Assembly: GCA_048886685.1 (NCBI GenBank)
Contig: JBHLKM010000005.1
Span: 138,958 to 202,957, forward strand
Length of the DNA stretch: 64,000 bases
Direction of reading: 5' to 3'
Source of the DNA: Candidatus Hodarchaeota archaeon
GTDB taxonomy: Archaea; Asgardarchaeota; Lokiarchaeia; Sigyniarchaeales; SOKP01
Below, piece after piece: positions 1 to 9,287 of this stretch. Below the pieces are notes generated by a model. That model did not search any database. It had not been told where the DNA came from and was given only the letters and a program-made list of their open reading frames with translations. Each line of letters begins with the position of its first letter. The stretch's first letter is position 1. The translations under genes and the position numbers were made by a program.

Positions 1-1
1 C

Positions 2-340
2 AATTTCAAGTATGAAGTTATTAAACAAGGATTAGAACCCACTGAATTCGGTATAATTTACAAAGAAATTAAGGAAAATAGAACTGATTTAACATATCCC
101 GGCCAATCGAGAGATGATTTAATTAATAGTGAACCATTAGATGAGTATATTTCAAGAACTTCACCCAGTCAAGCTAAAACAATGGACTTGCTTTCGGATA
201 GCACTTTAATATCTAAATCTGATAAATCTCGAATAAGAAAGATATTATCTGAAATAAAGGAAATGCAAAGCCATATTAAATATTCTATTGAACATATTCA
301 ACAACGTTTTACTGAAATTGAAAAAATATTAGGTAGATAG
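2..340 (+). CDS. 3' end of an unknown protein (truncated by window edge), coupled to cheR
   Basis: Frame open from base 2 (NFKYEVIKQG...HIQQRFTEIEKILGR) to TAG at 338-340, which overlaps the cheR GTG by 1 nt. Confidence 0.7.
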   Translation, partial: NFKYEVIKQGLEPTEFGIIYKEIKENRTDLTYPGQSRDDLINSEPLDEYISRTSPSQAKTMDLLSDSTLISKSDKSRIRKILSEIKEMQSHIKYSIEHIQQRFTEIEKILGR

Positions 341-1371
341 TGAGTTCAAAATTGATCAAAATTGAAAATATTCAAATGGATGGAGATTATTATTCTTTAC
401 TGCTTGAATATTTGGGTAATAAAACAGCGTTAAATTTTGAATATTATCGTAGGAATTTAGTGGAGAGGAGATTAAAAGCAAGAGTGATTCGGGTTAAATG
501 TAGCACTCTTCATTCTTATTATTATTATATCAAAGATAATCCTGTTGAGATTGAGAAATTTATCGACAGTTTTAACATTAATTATTCTTGTTTTTTCAGA
601 AATTGCGAAGTTTTTCAGCAATTTGAAAATTTTTTTTTGAAGTGTTTAAATTATAAGAGAGAAGATATTCTTACCAATTTGAAACCAAAACGCAAAGGAA
701 AATCAAAAGGTTCATTAAAAAATAAAAAAAATTCAGATAATAGAAGTCAATATAGGAAATTAATGATAATGAAATCTGAAAATGCACTTAAATTTTCTGA
801 AAAAACATCTCTCTATAGAAAAATAAATGGAGCTTCAAGATCGAAGGAAATTATCAGAATATGGTCATGTCCTTATGCTTCTGGTGAAGAACCTTATTCG
901 ATTGCAATAATTTTAGATAATTTGAAAAACCAGATACCTGAATTTCCTCAATTTAAGATTATTGCATCAGATATTGATAATGATGCTATTAATAAAGCAC
1001 ACATAGGACTTTATAATGAAAATGTCATGCGAGAAATTTCAAAATTCAATGAAGAGAATTATTTTATAAAAAATGAAAGTAAGTTTGGTTATAAATACTT
1101 AATTAATGAGGACCTCAAGAAATATGTAGAATTTATTGAGGAAGATATTACAAAAGGTTATGAAAAAACTAAAAAATATGATATAATATTTTGTCGATAT
1201 CTTCTAATTTATATAAGTCGAGAGGCACGGAACAATTTCTTGGAAATTATTGAAAAGCAATTAAACCCTGGCGGGTTATTGATTTTAGGTAAAACAGAAA
1301 CCTTATTTAATTCATATAATACGCTTAAATTAATCGACTCCCGTAATCATATCTATTTAAAAATTAATTAA
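340..1371 (+). CDS. cheR: Chemotaxis methyltransferase CheR
   Basis: ERRLKAR, FFRN, IRIWSCxxASGEEPYS, IASDID, YDIIFCRY, LNPGGLLILG motifs; che-cluster context. Confidence 0.93.
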   Translation: MSSKLIKIENIQMDGDYYSLLLEYLGNKTALNFEYYRRNLVERRLKARVIRVKCSTLHSYYYYIKDNPVEIEKFIDSFNINYSCFFRNCEVFQQFENFFLKCLNYKREDILTNLKPKRKGKSKGSLKNKKNSDNRSQYRKLMIMKSENALKFSEKTSLYRKINGASRSKEIIRIWSCPYASGEEPYSIAIILDNLKNQIPEFPQFKIIASDIDNDAINKAHIGLYNENVMREISKFNEENYFIKNESKFGYKYLINEDLKKYVEFIEEDITKGYEKTKKYDIIFCRYLLIYISREARNNFLEIIEKQLNPGGLLILGKTETLFNSYNTLKLIDSRNHIYLKIN

Positions 1372-1389
1372 AGATGAATTTATTAGTAA

Positions 1390-2535
1390 ATGTCAATCAG
1401 AGTATTACTTGCCGAGGATTCCGCATATCAAAGAAAAATTATTTTTGAAATGATTACATCGAATGAGGAAATTGAAGTCTTAGATGTTGCTAAAAATGGA
1501 AAGGAGGCAATTCAAAAGATAGGAGAGCATAATCCAGATGTAATTCTATTAGATCTTATAATGCCTGAAGTCGATGGATTATCTGTTCTCAAATTCCTTT
1601 CAGAACACTATCCAATCCCAACGATAGTTTTTACAGGTCTCAAACTTGAATCTTTGGATGATTCTGTTCAGGCCCTACTTTTGGGTGCTTTTGATTTTAT
1701 TATTAAACCGACTGGCTATTGGGAAGAGGAATTTCCTAAATTTAAAGAAAAGCTGATTTCTAGCATTTTATATGCTGGTAAAATAAAAAAAAGTTATGAA
1801 AAACGTAACACACTTATTAAAGAATCAATTTACACCCATTTCAGTTCGGATATAGAAGATAAAAAAAACATAACTAGCAAACCAGTAAAACCAGTAGCTT
1901 CTGAAATATCAAAAATAACTTCTTCAGATATAACAAATTTAAAATCTAATATTATAGTAATAGGAACCAGTACTGGAGGACCTAGAACCTTAAAATCAAT
2001 TTTAAAAAAGATTCCAAAAGATTTTCCTAGCCCTATTTTAATGGTGCAGCATCTAGATGCTTTTTTTATGAAGCAACTCGCTAAATCTTTAAATGATGTT
2101 TGTGAAATTGAAATTAAAATCCCAGTAAATGGTGAAAAGATTCAGCCGGAAAAAGTATACCTTAGCCCTGGAGGTAATCATATGCAAGTTGTAATGAGAA
2201 ATAACTCCCCCTGTATTAAGATTTTTAAAGGTGAGCCAGTTAATTTTTGCATGCCCTCTGTAGATGTATTATTTTTTTCTGTCGCAGAAATTTATAAACA
2301 ACATTCAATGGGCATTCTTTTAACAGGATTAGGAGATGATGGTGCAGCAGGTTTAGATGCTATTAAATTAGCTGGAGGGAAAACAATAGCTGAATCTGAA
2401 GAAACTTGTGTTGTGTATGGAATGCCAAAAGCAGCTGTGAAAAGCGGTGCTGCTAAATTAATTCTTCCAAATTATCAGATTCGAGATTATATGATGAAAT
2501 TTGCTAAAAACTTTACTTTTGATCTTAAAAACTAA
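1390..2535 (+). CDS. cheB: Chemotaxis response regulator methylesterase CheB (REC + methylesterase)
   Basis: REC domain (ED, LLDLIMP, KP) plus GTSTGGP, VQH, PSVDVLF, LTGLGDDGA, VYGMPK. Confidence 0.95.
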   Translation: MSIRVLLAEDSAYQRKIIFEMITSNEEIEVLDVAKNGKEAIQKIGEHNPDVILLDLIMPEVDGLSVLKFLSEHYPIPTIVFTGLKLESLDDSVQALLLGAFDFIIKPTGYWEEEFPKFKEKLISSILYAGKIKKSYEKRNTLIKESIYTHFSSDIEDKKNITSKPVKPVASEISKITSSDITNLKSNIIVIGTSTGGPRTLKSILKKIPKDFPSPILMVQHLDAFFMKQLAKSLNDVCEIEIKIPVNGEKIQPEKVYLSPGGNHMQVVMRNNSPCIKIFKGEPVNFCMPSVDVLFFSVAEIYKQHSMGILLTGLGDDGAAGLDAIKLAGGKTIAESEETCVVYGMPKAAVKSGAAKLILPNYQIRDYMMKFAKNFTFDLKN

Positions 2536-2553
2536 CTAAATAAGTAATTTAAA

Positions 2554-3102
2554 ATGACCGAACACCACCAAATAGGTAAAATTGAAGAGACAGACGGAAA
2601 TGGAGTAATCAATTTACCTATTGGTCATTATGCTATTGTTAATAATAAATATAGATTAGGCAAATTATATCCTAAGATTTCTATTTATGGAATAGGTTCA
2701 TGCATAGCTTTAATTCTTTGTGATTACATCAATTATGTTTGTGGGATGTCTCATATTTTGCTTCCCAAAACTACAAAAAAAATTATTAAATATCCTCATA
2801 AGTTTGCTAATTTATCTGCAATCCTCTTAATGCAAGAATTAATAAATTATGGAGCTGAAAGAAGGCATATTAAGGCAATTATCATAGGAGGATCCAGGAT
2901 ATTTGATTTGGATGACAATCTTATGGGATTTGATAATATTGGTTCCATAAAAGAAGAATTGAATAAATTAAATATTGATATTATTAAAGAAGATACAGGG
3001 GGATCAAAAGGGAGAATTGTCATTTTTGATTCTCAAGATTTTTCCTTATCTGTTAGATCTACTGGAGAAAATGATTTCAATATATTTACAAACTTAGAAT
3101 AA
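2554..3102 (+). CDS. cheD: Chemoreceptor glutamine deamidase CheD
   Basis: GIGSCI catalytic Cys, GMSHILLP catalytic His, IGGS, EDTGGSKGR. Confidence 0.92.
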   Translation: MTEHHQIGKIEETDGNGVINLPIGHYAIVNNKYRLGKLYPKISIYGIGSCIALILCDYINYVCGMSHILLPKTTKKIIKYPHKFANLSAILLMQELINYGAERRHIKAIIIGGSRIFDLDDNLMGFDNIGSIKEELNKLNIDIIKEDTGGSKGRIVIFDSQDFSLSVRSTGENDFNIFTNLE

Positions 3103-3134
3103 AAATAATTAGAAAATGAAAAGAGAGACTAAAA

Positions 3135-3809
3135 TTGAACCCAAATATTAATAATGACAAACAATTTGAAGGATTTAAACTAACATCAGAACAGTTAGAT
3201 ACGTTGATGGAACTAGGAAATATTGGTTCTGGACATGCAATAACAGCCCTTTCAAAATTATTAAACAATGAAATAGAAGTTTCCTTAACATCAGCCGAGG
3301 TTATTCCTTTTTGGAAGGTTCCTGAATTGTTCGATACTTCTAATGTAGAGGTATTTGGGATCTATTCTGAGATTCCATTCAATTCAGATATGTCAATAAT
3401 TCAAATATTCACAAAAGAATCACTCATTAATTTAATTAATCTCCTTAATATCAATGATACGATTTTAATTGAAAAGATAAGAAATATTGAGGATCTAGAT
3501 GATCTTTCTATAAGTATAATAACTGAAATAGGTAATATATTAACTGGACATTATGCAAGTGCTTTGGCAGATACATTATCAACTAAAATAATCCCGAATG
3601 TTCCAACCGTAGCACTTGATACAATAAATGCGATGTTAAACGGTATAATTGCTAAATACTCTCAATTATCAGATTATCTAGTAATAATAAGAACGAAAAT
3701 AGGATTACCAGAAATTAAATTAAATTGTATAATGTGTTTTATCCCTTCTATAAACATTTTAACAAATCTATTTACCCTTTTAAATATAAAATATAATTTA
3801 AATCTATAG
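3135..3809 (+). CDS. cheC: CheY-P phosphatase CheC
   Basis: Two E-x-x-N motifs (ELGNIGSGHAITALS, EIGNIL); follows cheD. Confidence 0.92.
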   Translation: MNPNINNDKQFEGFKLTSEQLDTLMELGNIGSGHAITALSKLLNNEIEVSLTSAEVIPFWKVPELFDTSNVEVFGIYSEIPFNSDMSIIQIFTKESLINLINLLNINDTILIEKIRNIEDLDDLSISIITEIGNILTGHYASALADTLSTKIIPNVPTVALDTINAMLNGIIAKYSQLSDYLVIIRTKIGLPEIKLNCIMCFIPSINILTNLFTLLNIKYNLNL

Positions 3810-3815
3810 AAAGAA

Positions 3816-4775
3816 ATGTCAAGAATAAACATGTTAGAAGATCTGCTTTCCAATCTTTTAAATGAAGTAAACGATCTTTCTGCAGCTTTAGTTGTAGACT
3901 TAGATGGGCTAATTATTGCTAAAAAATCAAATGGTGGATTTGATGAAGAATTAATTGGTGCTATTATGGGTATTCTTGAACAAACAATCAATAGGATTAA
4001 AAAGTATACAGAAACGTCATTTGGAAGTGGAACTCTTGACACTAATGAGTTTCAATTATTTTATATAGAATTAAGTAAAGTAGTCCCAGCAATTTTTGTA
4101 TTGGTTGGGGACCAATATTCAAATATTAACCAATTTATTCCTTACGCATATATAGTAGCAGAAAAAATTTCATTGATTTTAAATAATCGAGAAATCCCTG
4201 TAAATCTTCCAAAATTAACTAATTCTGCAGAAATAATATTAGAACCCGAGTCTAATACCCAATATGGCAATAATAATGTAAACAAAATAGTTGTCGTTGG
4301 ATCTGAGGCGGTTGGGAAAAGTTCATTGGTTGAAATGTATAGGGAAGGAATATTTGAAGAAATATATAAACCCACGATTGGAATTTCAATTAAAGAGAAA
4401 AAACTTCAAATTTCCAAAGACTTTAATTTATTCCTATATCTCCTTGACTTAGGGGGTCTTAAAAGTTTTGCCAAAATTCGCAAATTTTATTATAATTATT
4501 CAAACGCAGTTCTAATTTTGTTTGATTATACCAAAACGGAAACATTTAATAATATCTCTGATTGGATTGAAGAATTACGTAAATTTATCAAAAATAAGTC
4601 GATCCCAGTTGTTCTCATAGGAAATAAAATCGACCTTGTTGAAAATCGTGAAGAAATTAGGATTAAGGCAGAAAATCTAGCAGAGCAATATAACATCCCA
4701 TTCTTTGAAACTTCAGCATATACTGGTGAAGGTATAGATGAATTGTTTACTTACTTAATTTCAACCTTGTTTTAG
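3816..4775 (+). CDS. Roadblock/LC7 domain fused to a Rab-like small GTPase
   Basis: N-terminal AALVVDLDGLIIA...LIGAI Roadblock pattern; C-terminal G1 GSEAVGKSS, G2 PTIG, G3 DLGG, G4 NKID, G5 ETSA. Confidence 0.9.
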   Translation: MSRINMLEDLLSNLLNEVNDLSAALVVDLDGLIIAKKSNGGFDEELIGAIMGILEQTINRIKKYTETSFGSGTLDTNEFQLFYIELSKVVPAIFVLVGDQYSNINQFIPYAYIVAEKISLILNNREIPVNLPKLTNSAEIILEPESNTQYGNNNVNKIVVVGSEAVGKSSLVEMYREGIFEEIYKPTIGISIKEKKLQISKDFNLFLYLLDLGGLKSFAKIRKFYYNYSNAVLILFDYTKTETFNNISDWIEELRKFIKNKSIPVVLIGNKIDLVENREEIRIKAENLAEQYNIPFFETSAYTGEGIDELFTYLISTLF

Positions 4776-4845
4776 CATTTAAATAAGTATAAATTATAGT
4801 GCACTACTATTTATTAGATCAATTAGACTTTATAGGGAGATTTAG

Positions 4846-6210
4846 TTGTCAATCGACGTTATAATTGCTGACGATTCTGCGTATTTAAGAAAAAGCATTG
4901 CTGATATTCTTAAAGGCAGTGAAATAGTAAATATTTTAGAATTTGCTAAAGATGGAGAAGAAGCCATTAAGTTTGTCAAGAAATTTAGCCCAGATGTTTT
5001 AGTTTTAGACTTAGTAATGCCTAAAATGAATGGATTAGATGCTTTCAAAGTGATCATGGAAGAGCGCCCAACACCTACAGTTATTCTCTCAGCCATAAGT
5101 CCTAAAAACCTTGATTCATCTATTCAGGCACTTTTAATGGGAGCCTTTGATTATATTATAAAACCGGGGGGAATTGGTGCTAAAGATTTACCACGATTCC
5201 GTGAAGAATTACTAGCTAAAGTACTTTTAGCTTCTCAATCACAAATCAAGAAAATTTTTAGAAAAGAAGATGGAGTTTATAGAAAGAATAAATCGATAAG
5301 GCAAGAAATAGTTGATCAAATCTTTGATTTTGGGCAATATTTGAATACCCTAACACCTATTACAGAAGCTGAGGAAAATCAACAAGTAATAGATATTGGT
5401 AAAACTAAAGAAGTACAGAAAGAGTTAACAACTAAATCAATAATAAAGCAAACTGAAAAAGTAGATGAATTGCGAATAGAGAAATCTATAAAACCTAAAG
5501 ATCCAGTAAATTTATCTAGTATTAATGCTACTAAGCCCTTTATAAGAACTTCATTACAGAAATCTCTACCAAGTTTGCAGAAAAGAAAAGAACCACCTTA
5601 CAATCCTAACCTAACTCCCATTAAAGGAGTTTCTCTCACATCAAATATAATTGTAATTGGTGCTAGTGTAGGTGGACCTCGTACTATCACTACTATATTA
5701 AAAGAAATTCCTAGAAATTTCCCTGCTCCTATTTTAGTAGTTCAACATTTATCAGCTCATTTTACAGAAGCTTTTGCGGATAATTTAGATATGGAATGTA
5801 AATTAAAAGTTAAAGTGGCGACTAATGGAGAGTATATTAAACCTAGAGAAATTTATATTGCTCCAGGAGAAAGTCATATGGAAATTTCAGTTGATGATAA
5901 AAGACCTTGTATTAAAATATATAAAGGTAAACCAGTAAACTTTTGCATGCCTTCAATAGATGTTTTATTCTATTCAGCAGCAAGAGTGTATCGAGATCGA
6001 ACTATGGGGGTATTACTAACTGGTATGGGCTCTGATGGTGTTGAGGGGTTAGCTTCTATCCAAAAAGTAGGTGGGAAAACAATTTCAGAATCTGAGGAAA
6101 CATCTATTTTATTTGCTATGCCAAAATTCGCAGCAGAAAAGGGTTATGCTGATTTGGTTTTACCAAATTACTCAATTTACTCTGAAATTATTAAATTTGG
6201 CAGAAAATGA
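4846..6210 (+). CDS. cheB: Second CheB (REC + long linker + methylesterase)
   Basis: REC (DD, VLDLVMP, KP), GASVGGP, VQH, PSIDVLF, LTGMGSDG, FAMPK. Confidence 0.93.
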   Translation: MSIDVIIADDSAYLRKSIADILKGSEIVNILEFAKDGEEAIKFVKKFSPDVLVLDLVMPKMNGLDAFKVIMEERPTPTVILSAISPKNLDSSIQALLMGAFDYIIKPGGIGAKDLPRFREELLAKVLLASQSQIKKIFRKEDGVYRKNKSIRQEIVDQIFDFGQYLNTLTPITEAEENQQVIDIGKTKEVQKELTTKSIIKQTEKVDELRIEKSIKPKDPVNLSSINATKPFIRTSLQKSLPSLQKRKEPPYNPNLTPIKGVSLTSNIIVIGASVGGPRTITTILKEIPRNFPAPILVVQHLSAHFTEAFADNLDMECKLKVKVATNGEYIKPREIYIAPGESHMEISVDDKRPCIKIYKGKPVNFCMPSIDVLFYSAARVYRDRTMGVLLTGMGSDGVEGLASIQKVGGKTISESEETSILFAMPKFAAEKGYADLVLPNYSIYSEIIKFGRK

Positions 6211-6248
6211 GTCTTTTCAGTATAAATCATTCCATTTAATTCCTTTTC

Positions 6249-8438
6249 CTACCAAGAAAGACCTTTGAGAAATTTTATATCTTGGATGATTCTTTGAGAT
6301 TCGTGTTTTGGAACCTCCATGAAAGCAAAGAATTCATTCTGCCAAAAAGCCTTTCCAGAAGTTGTACTTCGTATATCTTCAGCAAATTTAATGGAATTTC
6401 GTACTGATAATAATATTTCAATGATTGCTTGGTATTCTTTCTCTTGATCAATGGTTTTAATTTTCGCAGAATATTTTGAAAGTAGTGAAATGGTATTTTT
6501 AATTTGATCAGGGGGGAGTTGTATTATCGTGTGATAAATTGGCTCTAAAAGGATTAATTCTGCTTCCTTTAATCCCTTTCTTATGGCTTCATAAAACATT
6601 GATGATAAATCTGTGAATACACTTTCCTGTTGAGTAGTATCAATGGCTAAATCCTCAATTTTAATTTTAAGTTCGGTTAGTTTCTCATTACATAATGGTC
6701 CGTTTAAATGGATTTTCTCAATAATTTCTATTATTGCATTTTTATATAAATCATCAATTTCCTTACTTGCATTGTAAATTACTATATTTTGATCTTCATC
6801 ACAAATCCAAAATCTTTCAATTTCTTTATCAGTTAATCCTGTATTTTCTTTTAAAACATCCATTAATACCTTAAAAGGTTTTATTGTTCTATAATCAATA
6901 TTTTGAAAAAATTTAACAGTATTATCATCTAACCTTTCAACAATTAGTATTAATTTGTTTTTACCATCCGAAGATATTACTTCTATCGAAGATGAATTAT
7001 ATCGGCATGATTCTTTAAAGACCGCTCGTGGTTCCGAAGTCGAAATATTTACTCCTCTCTTTCCTATTTCATGAGCCGTGACTTCAAGATGAAGAGGCCC
7101 CATTCCAGATAATAAAAATTCTCCAGTTTCCTCATTGATTTCAAATTTTAGATTTGGATCCTCAATTAGCATATTCTCAATTAATTCTTTCATTTTATCC
7201 AAATCTCTTAGAAATTCTGGTTCAATTGATACTGTCACTACTGGAGTGGTTACATATTTTACACTTTCGAATGGAACCATTTTATCTATATGATTGCTAT
7301 CAATTATAGTTTCACCACTTCGGATAAGTTTTAATCCCTCAATTGCTACGATATTACCCACAGGGATCCTATCTACCTGTTCTCTTCTCTGACCCATGAA
7401 AATAGCAATTCTTTGAATTGTTTCATAATTATTTTCATTCAAAAGAAAAACTTCATTTCTTTTACCACAATTTCCGCAAAATATTCTTCCGGTAGCAATT
7501 AAGCCATGTTTATCAGCTTGAACTTTGCTTAAACAGATTATTAATGGTCCATTTGGATCACAGTTTATCATCGCTTTTCCTAAATCAGAATTTAGATCAC
7601 CATCCCATATTTTTCCAATTCTATATTTTTGAGCCTCAATTGGATTCGGTAAATGGTCTACAACCATTTCTAATATGGCTTTATGAATTGGAAAGTAAAA
7701 AGCCAAGTCTGTATAGCTTTCTTTTGTATAAGTTTCTTTGTTATATCTTTCTCTAATATCTTTAAAAGTTAAATTGGATTTTTCTAGGATATTTAACGTA
7801 AATCCCCATTTATGAAGTGCGGATCCAAAGGCAACATTTCCTGATAATGGTGATACTTTCCATTTTTTATTAAATGGATGATCTGCATATCTATCAATAA
7901 GTATATTAAAGGATTTTATAATCCTAGTATATTTTTTTTTAATCTGATCATCTGAAAGTTTTAATTCTCTAATTAACCTATCAACTTTATTTATAAAAAG
8001 GACCGGTTTAACTCCTTCTTGTAATGCCTGTTTAATTACGGTCTCAGATTGGGTTATGATCTCTTCAACAGCATCTACAACAATGACAACACCGTCAATA
8101 AGTCGCAAAGCTCGAGTTACCTTACCACTAAAATCTAAATGTCCTGGTGTATCAACTAAATTTATAAGAAAGGGTTCATGACCTTCAAGAGATTTCTCAT
8201 AATATAGTGAAATATTAGCAGATTTCATAGTTATTCCACGTTGCTGTTCTTCTTCAAGGTAATCTAAAGCACGTGCCTCACCTGCTAGATCTGGTGATAA
8301 AAAACCAGCCTCACTTAGTAAAGAATCAGAAAGGGTAGTTTTACCATGATCGATATGACCTGCTAAAGCAGTATTACGAATATTCTTAGTTAATTCCATT
8401 AAGTTAAGTATTTCAGTGATTTCCTTTCTACGAGGCAT
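6249..8438 (-). CDS. Elongation factor 2 paralogue (aEF-2p) lacking the diphthamide loop
   Basis: GHIDHGKTT, RGIT, DTPGH, NKVD, GSA, GMGPLHLEV and LLEP motifs; no HRG in domain IV; ATG at 8438 preferred over TTG at 8444. Confidence 0.9.
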   Translation of the reverse strand: MPRRKEITEILNLMELTKNIRNTALAGHIDHGKTTLSDSLLSEAGFLSPDLAGEARALDYLEEEQQRGITMKSANISLYYEKSLEGHEPFLINLVDTPGHLDFSGKVTRALRLIDGVVIVVDAVEEIITQSETVIKQALQEGVKPVLFINKVDRLIRELKLSDDQIKKKYTRIIKSFNILIDRYADHPFNKKWKVSPLSGNVAFGSALHKWGFTLNILEKSNLTFKDIRERYNKETYTKESYTDLAFYFPIHKAILEMVVDHLPNPIEAQKYRIGKIWDGDLNSDLGKAMINCDPNGPLIICLSKVQADKHGLIATGRIFCGNCGKRNEVFLLNENNYETIQRIAIFMGQRREQVDRIPVGNIVAIEGLKLIRSGETIIDSNHIDKMVPFESVKYVTTPVVTVSIEPEFLRDLDKMKELIENMLIEDPNLKFEINEETGEFLLSGMGPLHLEVTAHEIGKRGVNISTSEPRAVFKESCRYNSSSIEVISSDGKNKLILIVERLDDNTVKFFQNIDYRTIKPFKVLMDVLKENTGLTDKEIERFWICDEDQNIVIYNASKEIDDLYKNAIIEIIEKIHLNGPLCNEKLTELKIKIEDLAIDTTQQESVFTDLSSMFYEAIRKGLKEAELILLEPIYHTIIQLPPDQIKNTISLLSKYSAKIKTIDQEKEYQAIIEILLSVRNSIKFAEDIRSTTSGKAFWQNEFFAFMEVPKHESQRIIQDIKFLKGLSW

Positions 8439-8534
8439 TCTCAAATGTATAAGGTATCTAAATATTAATTTAGGATTATAATTAATTTGATTAAAACTTT
8501 AGTGTTTACTTACGTTTAAAGTTAGCAAATAAAG

Positions 8535-8638
8535 AAGGGAAATGATTTCTCGCTACTCAAGATCTTCGTCATTTTGAAAACAGTCTGAAAACTATTTTAA
8601 TCCGTTGGGTCAGATAGCGCATTAAAATCATTTCCCCT
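8535..8638. repeat. Long intergenic fold-back element (candidate structured RNA or MITE)
   Basis: GGGAAATGATTT (8537-8548) pairs with AAATCATTTCCC (8625-8636); nested CGCTA/TAGCG, CTCAA/TTGGG and an inner 8-bp hairpin at 8577-8598. Confidence 0.6.
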
Positions 8639-8654
8639 TTTTTAAAATAAAACT

Positions 8655-9287
8655 TTATAATTTAACTTTTCCATCAATCTTTACAATCCTTCCTTCGACA
8701 TGCAGACGTCCATCACAGAAAAGTTCTATTGCTTTTGGAAAAGCTTTGTGCTCCCATTTTAGGATTCTTGGTCCTAAAGTGTCTTTACTGTCTGTATCAT
8801 AAACTGGAACTGCTTTCTGGATGATAATTGGTCCATGATCTTCATGAATATCAACAAAATGAACTGTGACTCCCGATACCTTGACTCCATAAGCTAAAGC
8901 ATCCTCATGTGCATGCATCCCCTTAAAACTAGGTAGTAATGCAGGATGGATATTCATTACATTTCCTTTAAAATGATTTATAAAATGCTCACTAACAAAA
9001 CGCATATACCCTACTAATACTATTATCTCACAACCATGTCTATCTAACACTTCAATCATTTTTTGGTCAAATTCTTCTCTAGTTCCTTGATGCTTATCTG
9101 ATTCAATCAAAACATATGCAATATTGTGGTTTCTAGCTCGTTCCATACAATAAGCTCCTGGTTTATTACAAATTAAGATTTCAACAGTTGCCTTCTTTTT
9201 TAAAATACCGTTTTTACATGATTGGACAATAGCCTCGAAGTTACTGCCTGATCCACTAGCAATTGCTCCAATTTTAACCTTTCCCAT
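8655..9287 (-). CDS. purN: Phosphoribosylglycinamide formyltransferase
   Basis: ASGSGSNFEAI, GYMR, NIHPALLPSFKG, GVTVHFV, DHGPII. Confidence 0.95.
   Translation of the reverse strand: MGKVKIGAIASGSGSNFEAIVQSCKNGILKKKATVEILICNKPGAYCMERARNHNIAYVLIESDKHQGTREEFDQKMIEVLDRHGCEIIVLVGYMRFVSEHFINHFKGNVMNIHPALLPSFKGMHAHEDALAYGVKVSGVTVHFVDIHEDHGPIIIQKAVPVYDTDSKDTLGPRILKWEHKAFPKAIELFCDGRLHVEGRIVKIDGKVKL

Noticed and set aside
3086-6268. Short overlapping ORFs in the che cluster (3086-3268, 3674-4042, 4142-4375, 4842-5096, 6071-6268)
   Set aside because: Shadow frames over well-supported genes, with no motifs
8535-8638. Fold-back element considered as a SECIS
   Set aside because: Neighbouring purN and aEF-2p have no in-frame UGA, and no clear SECIS core geometry was found
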